A stretch of 32,000 nt of DNA from Telmatocola sphagniphila (GTDB taxonomy: Bacteria; Planctomycetota; Planctomycetia; Gemmatales; Gemmataceae), in assembly GCF_018398935.1 (NCBI RefSeq), contig NZ_CP074694.1, forward strand, positions 3,240,001-3,272,000, given 5' to 3'. Position numbers and translations under genes: made by a program. Below, in pieces: positions 24,590-32,000 of this stretch (position 1 is its first letter; every line of letters starts with the position of its first letter). A model generated the notes under the pieces. The model had not been told where the DNA came from, made no database searches, and worked only from the letters and a program-made list of their open reading frames with translations.

Positions 24590-24996
24590 CCATCATGAGC
24601 CGAAGGGACACTTTCAAATCGCTCCTTCAGGCCACCTTGCTGGCACTGGTGGTTCTCGGTGTTCTGATCGGTTTGTCCACTCTATCCAATCCTAAAACTC
24701 CAGCGGTTTCCAAGCAGGAAAATTTCACGCTGAGCTATCGCGCCCTCCAGGAGATTCGATTGCCCGCGCCTCCCGGCAAGACTCGGGAGGAGTTTTTGCA
24801 GGAACTCCGCTATCTGGGATTACCGGCAACATTTCCCGAAACCAATTCCTCCGAGAAGATCTCTCAGATGCGTGCTGTCTTTCAAAGTCATCCGGATGTG
24901 GCCGAGTTGAAGACCCTGAAAACAGAAACGGTTTTAAACGGAGATGGTACCAAATACCCGGTTTTAATTGTCGATCTGGCTTTCAAAGAGAAATAA
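24586..24996 (+). CDS. Small single-pass membrane protein, possible POTRA-only FtsQ-like remnant
   Basis: Starts at a GTG overlapping the murB stop (GTGA), or at ATG 24595. One TM helix (LLQATLLALVVLGVLIGLSTL) is followed by about 95 aa. That segment patterns like a POTRA domain (EEFLQELRYLGLPATF...ISQMRAVFQSHPDVAELKTLK...VLIVDLAFKE). The call is from pattern only. Confidence 0.5.
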   Translation: MTIMSRRDTFKSLLQATLLALVVLGVLIGLSTLSNPKTPAVSKQENFTLSYRALQEIRLPAPPGKTREEFLQELRYLGLPATFPETNSSEKISQMRAVFQSHPDVAELKTLKTETVLNGDGTKYPVLIVDLAFKEK

Positions 24997-24999
24997 GAG

Positions 25000-25608
25000 T
25001 TAGTTCCAGGCCTCCAGAATCAACTGCGACCAGGTTTCGAACTCTTTCTTTCTGAGGAGTAACTTCTCGAAGCTTTCAAACCCCCCGCCCTGCAATTTCG
25101 TCTCTTTCAATTTTGCGTATGGAGCTTCCAGCTCGATTCTATGCACTACTCCCAGATGGACTTGCCCTACAGCCAGGGAAGGATCGTAAATAAAACCGAA
25201 TAATCGTCGGGACAGCTCGTTACCGTACTCGACTTCCTCGGTTAATTCCCGCTGCATAGCCGCCTGATAAATATCTCGGCCGCTCGCAGAATCGATCGGA
25301 TTAATATGCCCCCCAATACCCAGCGAATGCAGTGACTCCAGCCGCTTTTCGCCCCCACCTGCCCCTCTTTGATAGTGAAATAGTGCATCCCCGGAAGCAA
25401 GCACGCAGTAGGGTATGATCTGCTTGAAAGCCGGGTCTCTTTCTGCCTGCGGTCGCGGCAGAAACCGAAATGCGGCGGGATCTAACAACCGGGTCGCATA
25501 ATCGCCCTGCGTTCGCCGAAAGCCTTCAAAGTAGCCGACGTTTACGAAGTGTTCGAGTGGAATCACTAGAACCATTTCTTCCGAAGTTAGCGACATACGG
25601 GATCTCAA
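25000..25608 (-). CDS. NUDIX-like hydrolase (degenerate Nudix box)
   Basis: GIGGHINP...AAMQRELTEEVEY approximates Gx5Ex7REUxEExGU. A shorter start at MSLTSEE is possible. Confidence 0.5.
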   Translation of the reverse strand: MRSRMSLTSEEMVLVIPLEHFVNVGYFEGFRRTQGDYATRLLDPAAFRFLPRPQAERDPAFKQIIPYCVLASGDALFHYQRGAGGGEKRLESLHSLGIGGHINPIDSASGRDIYQAAMQRELTEEVEYGNELSRRLFGFIYDPSLAVGQVHLGVVHRIELEAPYAKLKETKLQGGGFESFEKLLLRKKEFETWSQLILEAWN

Positions 25609-25694
25609 ATAAAGTCGAAGTCCGCCGTCAGTAAGATCAACTAATCAAGGCAGTATTATCTTGCGAAGCGAGGCTTCAGAAAGCGAGACCGCAA

Positions 25695-26384
25695 ATGTTC
25701 ATTAAAAGACCTGCCGACCAGCGTGGAAAAGCGAATTTTGGCTGGCTCGATACCCGATATACTTTTTCCTTCGCCGATTACTACGATCCGAACCATATGG
25801 GATTCCGGGCGTTGCGAGTTATTAATGAGGACGTCGTTAAATCGGGCAATGGTTTCCCGATGCACCCCCATCGCAATATGGAAATCGTCACTTACGTGAT
25901 CCGCGGCCAGTTGGAACATAAGGATTCCATGGGCAATCACGGTATTATCAATGCGGGGGAAGTGCAGCGCATCACGGCCGGTAAAGGCATTCTTCATAGC
26001 GAGTTCAACCCTTCGTCCACAGAAGATGTGCACCTTTATCAGATCTGGTTGATGCCTGATCGTGAAGGGATCGATCCCAGCTATGAACAACGGAACATCG
26101 CAACCTCGGGCAAGCAGCTACTGATTGCCTCCCCGGATGGTCGCAACGGTTCGGCAACGATCAATCGCAATGCCTCGATCACGGCCATCAAACTGGATCC
26201 GCGCGAATCCTACTCTTATGACCTAGGTCCCGATCGTCATGCCTGGGTTCAAGTAATTAAGGGGGATCTGTTCGCCGGGGATTTGTCGCTAAAAGCTGGC
26301 GACGGGCTGGCGGTTTCCAGCGAGAGAAATTTGAATCTGTTCTCGAGCACTCCGGCGGAAATTCTGTTATTTGATCTGGATTAG
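25695..26384 (+). CDS. Pirin family protein (YhhW/quercetinase-like bicupin)
   Basis: FPMHPHRNMEIVTYVIRGQLEHKDSMGN and QRITAGKGILHSEFN are classic pirin N-terminal cupin motifs. Confidence 0.9.
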   Translation: MFIKRPADQRGKANFGWLDTRYTFSFADYYDPNHMGFRALRVINEDVVKSGNGFPMHPHRNMEIVTYVIRGQLEHKDSMGNHGIINAGEVQRITAGKGILHSEFNPSSTEDVHLYQIWLMPDREGIDPSYEQRNIATSGKQLLIASPDGRNGSATINRNASITAIKLDPRESYSYDLGPDRHAWVQVIKGDLFAGDLSLKAGDGLAVSSERNLNLFSSTPAEILLFDLD

Positions 26385-26390
26385 AATCTG

Positions 26391-26422
26391 AAAAATCGAA
26401 CCCAATCCCTAGCAGGATTGGG
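26391..26422 (-). terminator. Terminator-like hairpin after the E2 gene
   Basis: CCCAATCC (26401-26408) pairs with GGATTGGG (26415-26422). On the minus strand it is followed by TTCGATTTTT. Confidence 0.45.
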
Positions 26423-26436
26423 GCTCCTGGTAATTA

Positions 26437-27666
26437 TCAATTCTTGATCAGCATAATGGCCGGTTTCTGAAGTGCATCAATAAGCTTATTGGCAAACATC
26501 GCTCCAATGGCCCCATCGACCACCCGGTGATCGAACGAAAACGACAAGAAAACCATTTCCGCCGGCTTCAGTTTCCCATCTTCATCGTAAACGGGTCGTT
26601 TGCTGATTTTTCCGATTCCTAATATACCCACTTCCGGATGATTGATGATCGGTGTGGAGATCAGGCCGCCGATATTACCGACCGAACTTACCGTAAATGT
26701 CCCGCCTTTGAGATCTTCGACTTTGACCTTCCCCTGTCGAGCCGATTCACTGAGGGCATCAATCTCACGAGCAATTGTCAGCGCATCTTTCTTATCCGCG
26801 TCTTTAATCACCGGAACAATCAAGCCGTTGGGCGTGGCCACCGCAATCCCGATGTTGTAGGAGGCGTGAAAACGGATGGTCTCGGTCTCGTCATCGAGGG
26901 AACTGTTTACGATCGGGACCTGTTTCAAAGCCATCGCAGCCGCTTTAACGAAGAATGGCAGGAAAGTCAGCTTGATATTCTTTTCGAGCAAAGGTTCCCG
27001 CAGCGATTTTCGTAATCGAACCAGTTCCGAGACATCGCACTCCTCCACATAGGAGTAATGCGGTATGATCTTTTTGGAATGGGAAAGATGCTCCGCGATT
27101 TTTCGACGTAACCCGGCCAGTTTCACCGTCGTACCCGGGGTTCCCAGGTCCAAATTGGGGGAGGAAGGTTTCTTCCGCTCCACGGTTTTGTTCGACTGAA
27201 GAATCCGGCTCAGATCATCGATCAGAATTCGCCCCGCCGGACCCGAGCCAATCACTTCCGCTAGGTTAATTCCCATTTTTCGAGCAAGGTAGCGAACGGA
27301 GGGAGCGGCTGCAATATTTCGCGAAGACCGGACAGCCTCTCGAACAGCAGTATTATTTTTTTCGGGGAGAGGAGCACTTGAGGATTGTTCAATGGATTGA
27401 TTTGCCAGCGGCTCGGGAGGAGAGGAAGCCGAGCCGTCCGATTCATAATCCAAAATAACCTGACCCACTTTGATTTTGGAACCGGGTTCCGCGCTTAAGG
27501 AGGAGATTTTGCCTTTGAACGGAGCCGGCACTTCCATGGTCGCCTTGTCCGTCATCACTTCCATCAGACTCTGGCCCGGCTTGACGATGTCGCCCACTTT
27601 GACCAACCAGCGTACCAGTTCGGCCTCATAGAGACCTTCGCCAATCTGCGGGAGAGGGAAATTCAT
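26437..27666 (-). CDS. 2-oxo acid dehydrogenase E2 (dihydrolipoamide acyltransferase), single lipoyl domain
   Basis: Lipoyl-lysine context EVMTDKATMEVPAPF. E3/E1-binding domain PSVRYLARKMGINLAEVIGSGPAGRI. Catalytic motif SFDHRVVDGA. Confidence 0.9.
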   Translation of the reverse strand: MNFPLPQIGEGLYEAELVRWLVKVGDIVKPGQSLMEVMTDKATMEVPAPFKGKISSLSAEPGSKIKVGQVILDYESDGSASSPPEPLANQSIEQSSSAPLPEKNNTAVREAVRSSRNIAAAPSVRYLARKMGINLAEVIGSGPAGRILIDDLSRILQSNKTVERKKPSSPNLDLGTPGTTVKLAGLRRKIAEHLSHSKKIIPHYSYVEECDVSELVRLRKSLREPLLEKNIKLTFLPFFVKAAAMALKQVPIVNSSLDDETETIRFHASYNIGIAVATPNGLIVPVIKDADKKDALTIAREIDALSESARQGKVKVEDLKGGTFTVSSVGNIGGLISTPIINHPEVGILGIGKISKRPVYDEDGKLKPAEMVFLSFSFDHRVVDGAIGAMFANKLIDALQKPAIMLIKN

Positions 27667-27680
27667 AAGTCCTCCGGGCT

Positions 27681-28739
27681 CTAGACGCGTTCGGTGGCGA
27701 GTTCCAGCATCGCGGCTCGAACGCCGGCCAGCTGCGGTACAGTATTTTGTTCGTAAACCTGATTCAGTCCAATACCGGGGATGTGCTTGCCCTGCAACAG
27801 TCGCGGCTTGGCTAAAAGATCATAAAAGAGTTCTTCTACAATGCGTCGGAGCAGGTGTTCCCCGAAGTTCGTGATCTCGGTGTCTTCGTTAACGATCAGA
27901 ACCCGGCCTGTTTTTAGTACGCTCTCTTTAATGGCGAGCCAGTCATAAGGAAAGATACTGCGAAGGTCGATGACATCGAAAGTCAAGCCTTCGCTCTCGT
28001 ACAACTCGTCCGCCGCCTGGGAGCAGAGTGGTAGAGTCCGACCGTAACTGATCACAGTACCGGCCTGCCCTTCCCTAACCAGCCGTGCCTGGCCGATAGG
28101 GACGAAGTACTCTTCCAGATCTGGCCACTGGGGTTCCCACTGCGACCGATCTCCCACCGGGGCATCAATCATGCGCGACAGTTGTTCATCGTCCTCCGGT
28201 TCGCCAGGAATTCGTCGTTCCCCTTTGACTCGCAGAAGAGCCTTGGGGAGAAGGACCATCACCGGGTTGGGATCGGCGATAGCCGAAAGCATTAACCCAT
28301 AAGCATCTAACGCATCGCTGGGCATCACGATTTTCCAGCCCGTCAGACGCGTAGCCCAGCTTTCGAAAGAATGGGAATGGTAAAGCGACCCGCGAATTCC
28401 CGATCCGGACGGAGTCATCATTACCACGGGCATATCGTAAGATCCGCCGCTGGCCCATCGCTGGTTGCCTGCAAGCTTCAGAAGATCAATAATGTTGAAG
28501 CCATAATCGCAGAATTGAATTTCGAAAACCGGTTTGCCGCCGGCATAGGCGATCCCCATTGCCGCACCGACGATACCACGTTCATCCAGAGGTGTGTTCC
28601 AGGCTTTCTTAAGTCCCTGAGTTGCGGTAAAAACTCCCCCCAGAGGGGGCCCAACATCTTCGCCGAAGATATCCGTCACCCCCAGATTGGTTTCCCCGTA
28701 GTGCAATGCGAGCCGGACGGCTTGAACGAGACTGGCCAT
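27681..28739 (-). CDS. 2-oxo acid dehydrogenase E1 component, beta subunit
   Basis: N-terminus LVQAVRLALHY...IFGEDVGPPLGGVFTATQGL and a transketolase-like Pyr plus C-terminal domain pattern. Confidence 0.9.
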   Translation of the reverse strand: MASLVQAVRLALHYGETNLGVTDIFGEDVGPPLGGVFTATQGLKKAWNTPLDERGIVGAAMGIAYAGGKPVFEIQFCDYGFNIIDLLKLAGNQRWASGGSYDMPVVMMTPSGSGIRGSLYHSHSFESWATRLTGWKIVMPSDALDAYGLMLSAIADPNPVMVLLPKALLRVKGERRIPGEPEDDEQLSRMIDAPVGDRSQWEPQWPDLEEYFVPIGQARLVREGQAGTVISYGRTLPLCSQAADELYESEGLTFDVIDLRSIFPYDWLAIKESVLKTGRVLIVNEDTEITNFGEHLLRRIVEELFYDLLAKPRLLQGKHIPGIGLNQVYEQNTVPQLAGVRAAMLELATERV

Positions 28740-28804
28740 AACCTAAATCCTCTGCATCCCTGGTGTCGATGCTCGGCGAGAGACTCCACAGAAATGAACA
28801 GCGA

Positions 28805-29911
28805 TCAGGAGGGGAGACCCGTATAGTCGTCCGGATAAATGACATCCCATCGGCTGGGGGCAAATGTATAACGATTCACATCGTCCGCTGTAGGATCGGC
28901 TTCCTGCATCACCTGATCGACTGCGGTATCGGCTTCGTCACTAGCCTGCTGATGGATCATCTCGGCCGTTTCGCGATTGAGAATTTTGTTAGCGATCAGC
29001 TTTTCTTCCAAAAGAGTGATGCAATCGGCCTCGGTCGAGACTCGACTGGCCCCACTCGAGGAAGAGTGACCATGCAAACGGGAAACTTTAGCTTCCAAAA
29101 TGTAGGGTCGTCGCGTGGTGCGACAGTAATCAAATGCCCGATAGATCGCCCACCAGCAGGCAATCACGTCATTGCCATCTACCACTTCGCCCGGAATCCC
29201 GAAAGCATTGCCGCGGGCCGCGATACTGCTTTCCCCGTGCTGGGTGTTCGCCGCTGTTGAAATTCCGAAGCCGTTGTTGGTGACAATCATCAGCACGGGC
29301 AACGCCTGATTCGGCCGGGTGCTCCAGATCATGCAGGAGGTAAAATCCCCTTCGGCTGTCCCGGCATCACCTCCGGTGACGACCGAAACTCCTTCACCGC
29401 CGTGGCGTTTTTGAACGATGGCCGTGCCGGGCGCCATTGTGTATTGCACTTCAATAACTGAAGAAACGGGTACGACATTCCATTCCGGAATGGCATAGTG
29501 CCCGACAAAATTCCGTCCTTTGGAATGCCGGTCGGTCAGTTTCATCGCCATCTGCCGGAAGTGATCGGCCATCGGCATTCCCATGGCCATCATGACCCCG
29601 GCGCTTCGATAATGCAAATGCAGATAATCGAATGCGGGACCTCTCCCCTTATGAACCTGCAATCCCAGGCATACGTTAAAGGCTTCCTCCCCAGGTCCAC
29701 CGACCCAGAAGTACCCTTCGCCTGACTTGCTCATTTTGATTGTGCGTTGCTCGAGCGCTCGTACCCGGGCCATCGTCTTATAGATTTTCAGGCACATACC
29801 GGCCGAAAGGGACTCATCTTTACTATGAAGCTCCGGGTAATCGAGGAATTTCGCGGTTTGGATACCGCGAATTGAGTAATCCTCTTCGGAATCTTCCCGA
29901 GGTGTGGTCAT
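28805..29911 (-). CDS. 2-oxo acid dehydrogenase E1 component, alpha subunit (TPP-dependent)
   Basis: TPP-binding motif GGDAGTAEGDF...LPVLMIVTNNGFGIS (GDG-x-NN type) and YRSAGVMMAMG. It is the first gene of the three-gene operon. Confidence 0.9.
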   Translation of the reverse strand: MTTPREDSEEDYSIRGIQTAKFLDYPELHSKDESLSAGMCLKIYKTMARVRALEQRTIKMSKSGEGYFWVGGPGEEAFNVCLGLQVHKGRGPAFDYLHLHYRSAGVMMAMGMPMADHFRQMAMKLTDRHSKGRNFVGHYAIPEWNVVPVSSVIEVQYTMAPGTAIVQKRHGGEGVSVVTGGDAGTAEGDFTSCMIWSTRPNQALPVLMIVTNNGFGISTAANTQHGESSIAARGNAFGIPGEVVDGNDVIACWWAIYRAFDYCRTTRRPYILEAKVSRLHGHSSSSGASRVSTEADCITLLEEKLIANKILNRETAEMIHQQASDEADTAVDQVMQEADPTADDVNRYTFAPSRWDVIYPDDYTGLPS

Positions 29912-30153
29912 CGGTGGCCCTCCCGGCGATCGGCTTTGTTCGAGCCGGAGATTTCGGAAACGGCATCAGCTACTGGATCGTATCGGTTTTACAGATTTTC
30001 TGAAACCCGAACTTTCAGCGTAAGCACCAAAACACTGCCTCGAAGGTACAAGCTCTCGAAGCAGATTCGTCGCAATCGTTAGATCTACTCCAATTATACG
30101 TGAAGATTAAAAGTGGGGAGTGGTCATTTTCGAAGTCCGAAAAGAAACTCGAT

Positions 30154-31404
30154 CTAATTTTCGGGCTTCTGGATCCTCAGAACAAAAGTCGGATTGACCG
30201 CTTCAAATCTCAAAGCCTCCAACTGCTCCACACTCCGGGAGAGGTTCAGCAAAAGCACGTTGACGGGTGTGACGAGCTTTTTCATGACCTCGTAGGTTGC
30301 AGTCAGCATTTCCAGAGTAGCCACATTGATCACCAATCGTCCGCCCGCGCGTAAGGCCGCGAACGAAGATTCGATCAGGCGGGCGATCTCACCTCCATTG
30401 CCGCCAATAAAAATTGCATCCGGCGCGGGGAGATTTGCGAACACGGCCGGTGCCGTACCAAACACTGCCTGGACGTTGTGGATGCCGTAAGTGTCCGCAT
30501 TGGCCACGATCAGGTGGTAATCTGCGGAATCTTGCTCGATCGCGTAAACTCGCCCCGGTTCGACCAACTGGGCGGCTTCCAATGCCACCGAGCCCGAACC
30601 CGCTCCGACGTCCCACATAATTTGTCCGGAACGAAGATCGAGCTGAGCGAGTGCAATCGCTCGTACTTCAGCTTGGGTGATCAAACCACTTTTCGGTCGA
30701 CTCTGGGCAAAGACATCATCGGGATTGCCGAAACGCATCAGCCGGCGCGTCGAATTGGGCTGATCGGGTCGACCGGCTTTCCGACGAAGAATCATCACAT
30801 TCAACGGGTCGAATTGTTGCGATTGGATCTCGACCAACTCGCCTTGGGTAATCCTTTCGTCCCGACCGCCGAGATTTTCACAAACATAAACTTTGAAATA
30901 ATCGAGACCACGCACGAGCAATTCTCGAGCAATCCGGTTCGGGGTGTAAATATCACTGGTGAATAACCCCACCGTCTCCGCCGTGCGGATTCGGTCGAGC
31001 ACATCGTCGAGATTGCGAATGGATAGATCCGTCAAAAAAGCTTCTTCCCAGGACTCTTTGATGCGTGCAAACGCCAGTTGCATCGAACTGACGTGGGAAT
31101 AAACTTCAAAATTTTCCGAGCCGAGATTTTCACAGAGATAGCGAGCCACTCCGTAAAAAAGCGGATCTCCCGTGGCGAGGACGACTTGCTTCCGCGTGGT
31201 TAAGTTGGATCGCAAACTTTCAATGACTGCCTGGAGATCACCGCCAATGCGGATTCTTTCTCCCGACACTTCGGGTATGAGGCGGAGAACGTTATTTGTG
31301 CCGTATATCAGATCGGCGGAGTTCAGCAAATCCTGGGCACTCCTGGCCAAACCCGCCAGGCCATCCCCGCCTACACCAATGATCGCTATTTTAGATGAAG
31401 ACAT
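30154..31404 (-). CDS. cobL: Precorrin-6Y C5,15-methyltransferase (decarboxylating), fused CbiE/CbiT
   Basis: N-terminal tetrapyrrole methylase (IAIIGVGGDGLAGL, ATGDPLFYG). C-terminal class I SAM methyltransferase (MWDVGAGSGSVALEAA, IFIGGNGG). Start set at MSSSKIAIIG (31404). Confidence 0.85.
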   Translation of the reverse strand: MSSSKIAIIGVGGDGLAGLARSAQDLLNSADLIYGTNNVLRLIPEVSGERIRIGGDLQAVIESLRSNLTTRKQVVLATGDPLFYGVARYLCENLGSENFEVYSHVSSMQLAFARIKESWEEAFLTDLSIRNLDDVLDRIRTAETVGLFTSDIYTPNRIARELLVRGLDYFKVYVCENLGGRDERITQGELVEIQSQQFDPLNVMILRRKAGRPDQPNSTRRLMRFGNPDDVFAQSRPKSGLITQAEVRAIALAQLDLRSGQIMWDVGAGSGSVALEAAQLVEPGRVYAIEQDSADYHLIVANADTYGIHNVQAVFGTAPAVFANLPAPDAIFIGGNGGEIARLIESSFAALRAGGRLVINVATLEMLTATYEVMKKLVTPVNVLLLNLSRSVEQLEALRFEAVNPTFVLRIQKPEN

Positions 31405-31668
31405 GCTTAACTTCGTATTGGCCACAGAAATTGGAATGTTGCCAATTCTAGACTCTAGCAAATTTCCTGCAACCGGATCGGTTCGGAAGATCTCGATTAA
31501 ATTGACGATTCATCCGCCCTTCGCACTAAACTCGTGCAGGAAAAGCCTAATTCTCAGGCATGCATAGACCATCCGAGAGCGTTTTTTAAGGTAATTGCCG
31601 GTCTAACATTTGCTGCTTCTTCTCTCAAGCATCATCTTCCCTACATCATCTTGAGCGTGAGTCTGCTT

Positions 31669-32000
31669 ATGCGTTCCAAGTCGGCAAAGGAAACGGACTT
31701 GCTTCACAACTACGAACTCGTCGGTTACGATGAAATGATGGCCACCCCCGGCCAGATGCGTAACCATTATGCCCCACTCTCGGAGACCCTTACGGATTTA
31801 GGGGCTTCCGAGATCGAACGCCGCGCTCGCATGGCCGATAACATCATGCGGCAACAAGGGATCACTTTCACCGTCTATGGCCGAGGTCAGGGGGTCGAAC
31901 GGATCATGCCCTTCGACCCGGTTCCCCGATTAGTTCCGAATAATGAGTGGGAGAAAATCGAGGCCGGACTCAAACAGCGCGTTCGAGCCATAAACCTGTT
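31669..32000 (+). CDS. Circularly permuted type-2 ATP-grasp protein (3' partial, runs off window)
   Basis: Not in the ORF track because no stop is reached. The ATG at 31669 gives MRSKSAKETDLLHNYELVGYDEMMATPGQMRNHYAPL...QQGITFTVYG...ERIMPFDPVPRLVPNNEWEKIEAGLKQRVRAINL. This matches the N-terminal pattern of this family as I remember it. Confidence 0.65.
   Translation, partial: MRSKSAKETDLLHNYELVGYDEMMATPGQMRNHYAPLSETLTDLGASEIERRARMADNIMRQQGITFTVYGRGQGVERIMPFDPVPRLVPNNEWEKIEAGLKQRVRAINL

Noticed and set aside
30093-30098. TATAAT on the minus strand about 180 nt upstream of the E1alpha start, as a possible promoter.
   Set aside because: There is no acceptable -35 at 16-18 bp spacing, and nothing distinguishes it from a chance hexamer. 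It is not reported as a feature.
31405-31668. A cobalamin riboswitch might be expected upstream of cobL on the minus strand.
   Set aside because: Reading the reverse complement, I find only a partial AGACCGGC resemblance to the B12 box. There are no GGTG..AA..CC or GCCACTG conserved blocks. An Infernal scan with RF00174 would settle it, but by eye it is absent.

Overview
This is a 32-kb chromosomal segment of roughly 50-55% GC, judged by eye. The gene content looks like Planctomycetota: a DUF1549/DUF1553 protein, Tat-signal Gfo/Idh/MocA and xylose-isomerase-like TIM-barrel proteins, and a secreted 7-bladed lactonase. That taxon call is inference, not a search result. I support about 32 CDS. 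They include prfA-prmC, a three-gene 2-oxo-acid dehydrogenase operon (E1alpha-E1beta-E2), murB, a sigma-70 factor, a fused cobL, pirin and OsmC. There is also a small glycan-synthesis cluster (WecB/TagA-type GT, QxxRW synthase-type GT2, priming sugar transferase). The remainder are two GNATs, a cytochrome c', and several hypothetical proteins. One complete IS630-family element (10635-11801) is present with terminal inverted repeats and a TA/CTAG target duplication. Its transposase is split over two frames at a CAAAAAG run. I saw no rRNA, tRNA or CRISPR array. The most unusual part is the roughly 3.1-kb stretch 10458-13594, where the only genes are the IS and the small cytochrome c' gene. The rest of that stretch is gene-free DNA built from composite direct repeats ending in GC-rich quasi-palindromic hairpins (REP/BIME-like). 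It also holds a 28-bp direct repeat that starts two small ORFs with the same first 9 residues. I did not find a convincing multi-gene novel system such as a defence island. The weaker leads below are sequence observations plus inference. They are a mini FtsQ-like protein after murB, a membrane-anchored degenerate GTPase after prfA-prmC, an atypical sigma factor, and an acidic poly-Arg protein coupled to a GNAT. All family names come from motif recognition by eye, not from database searches.
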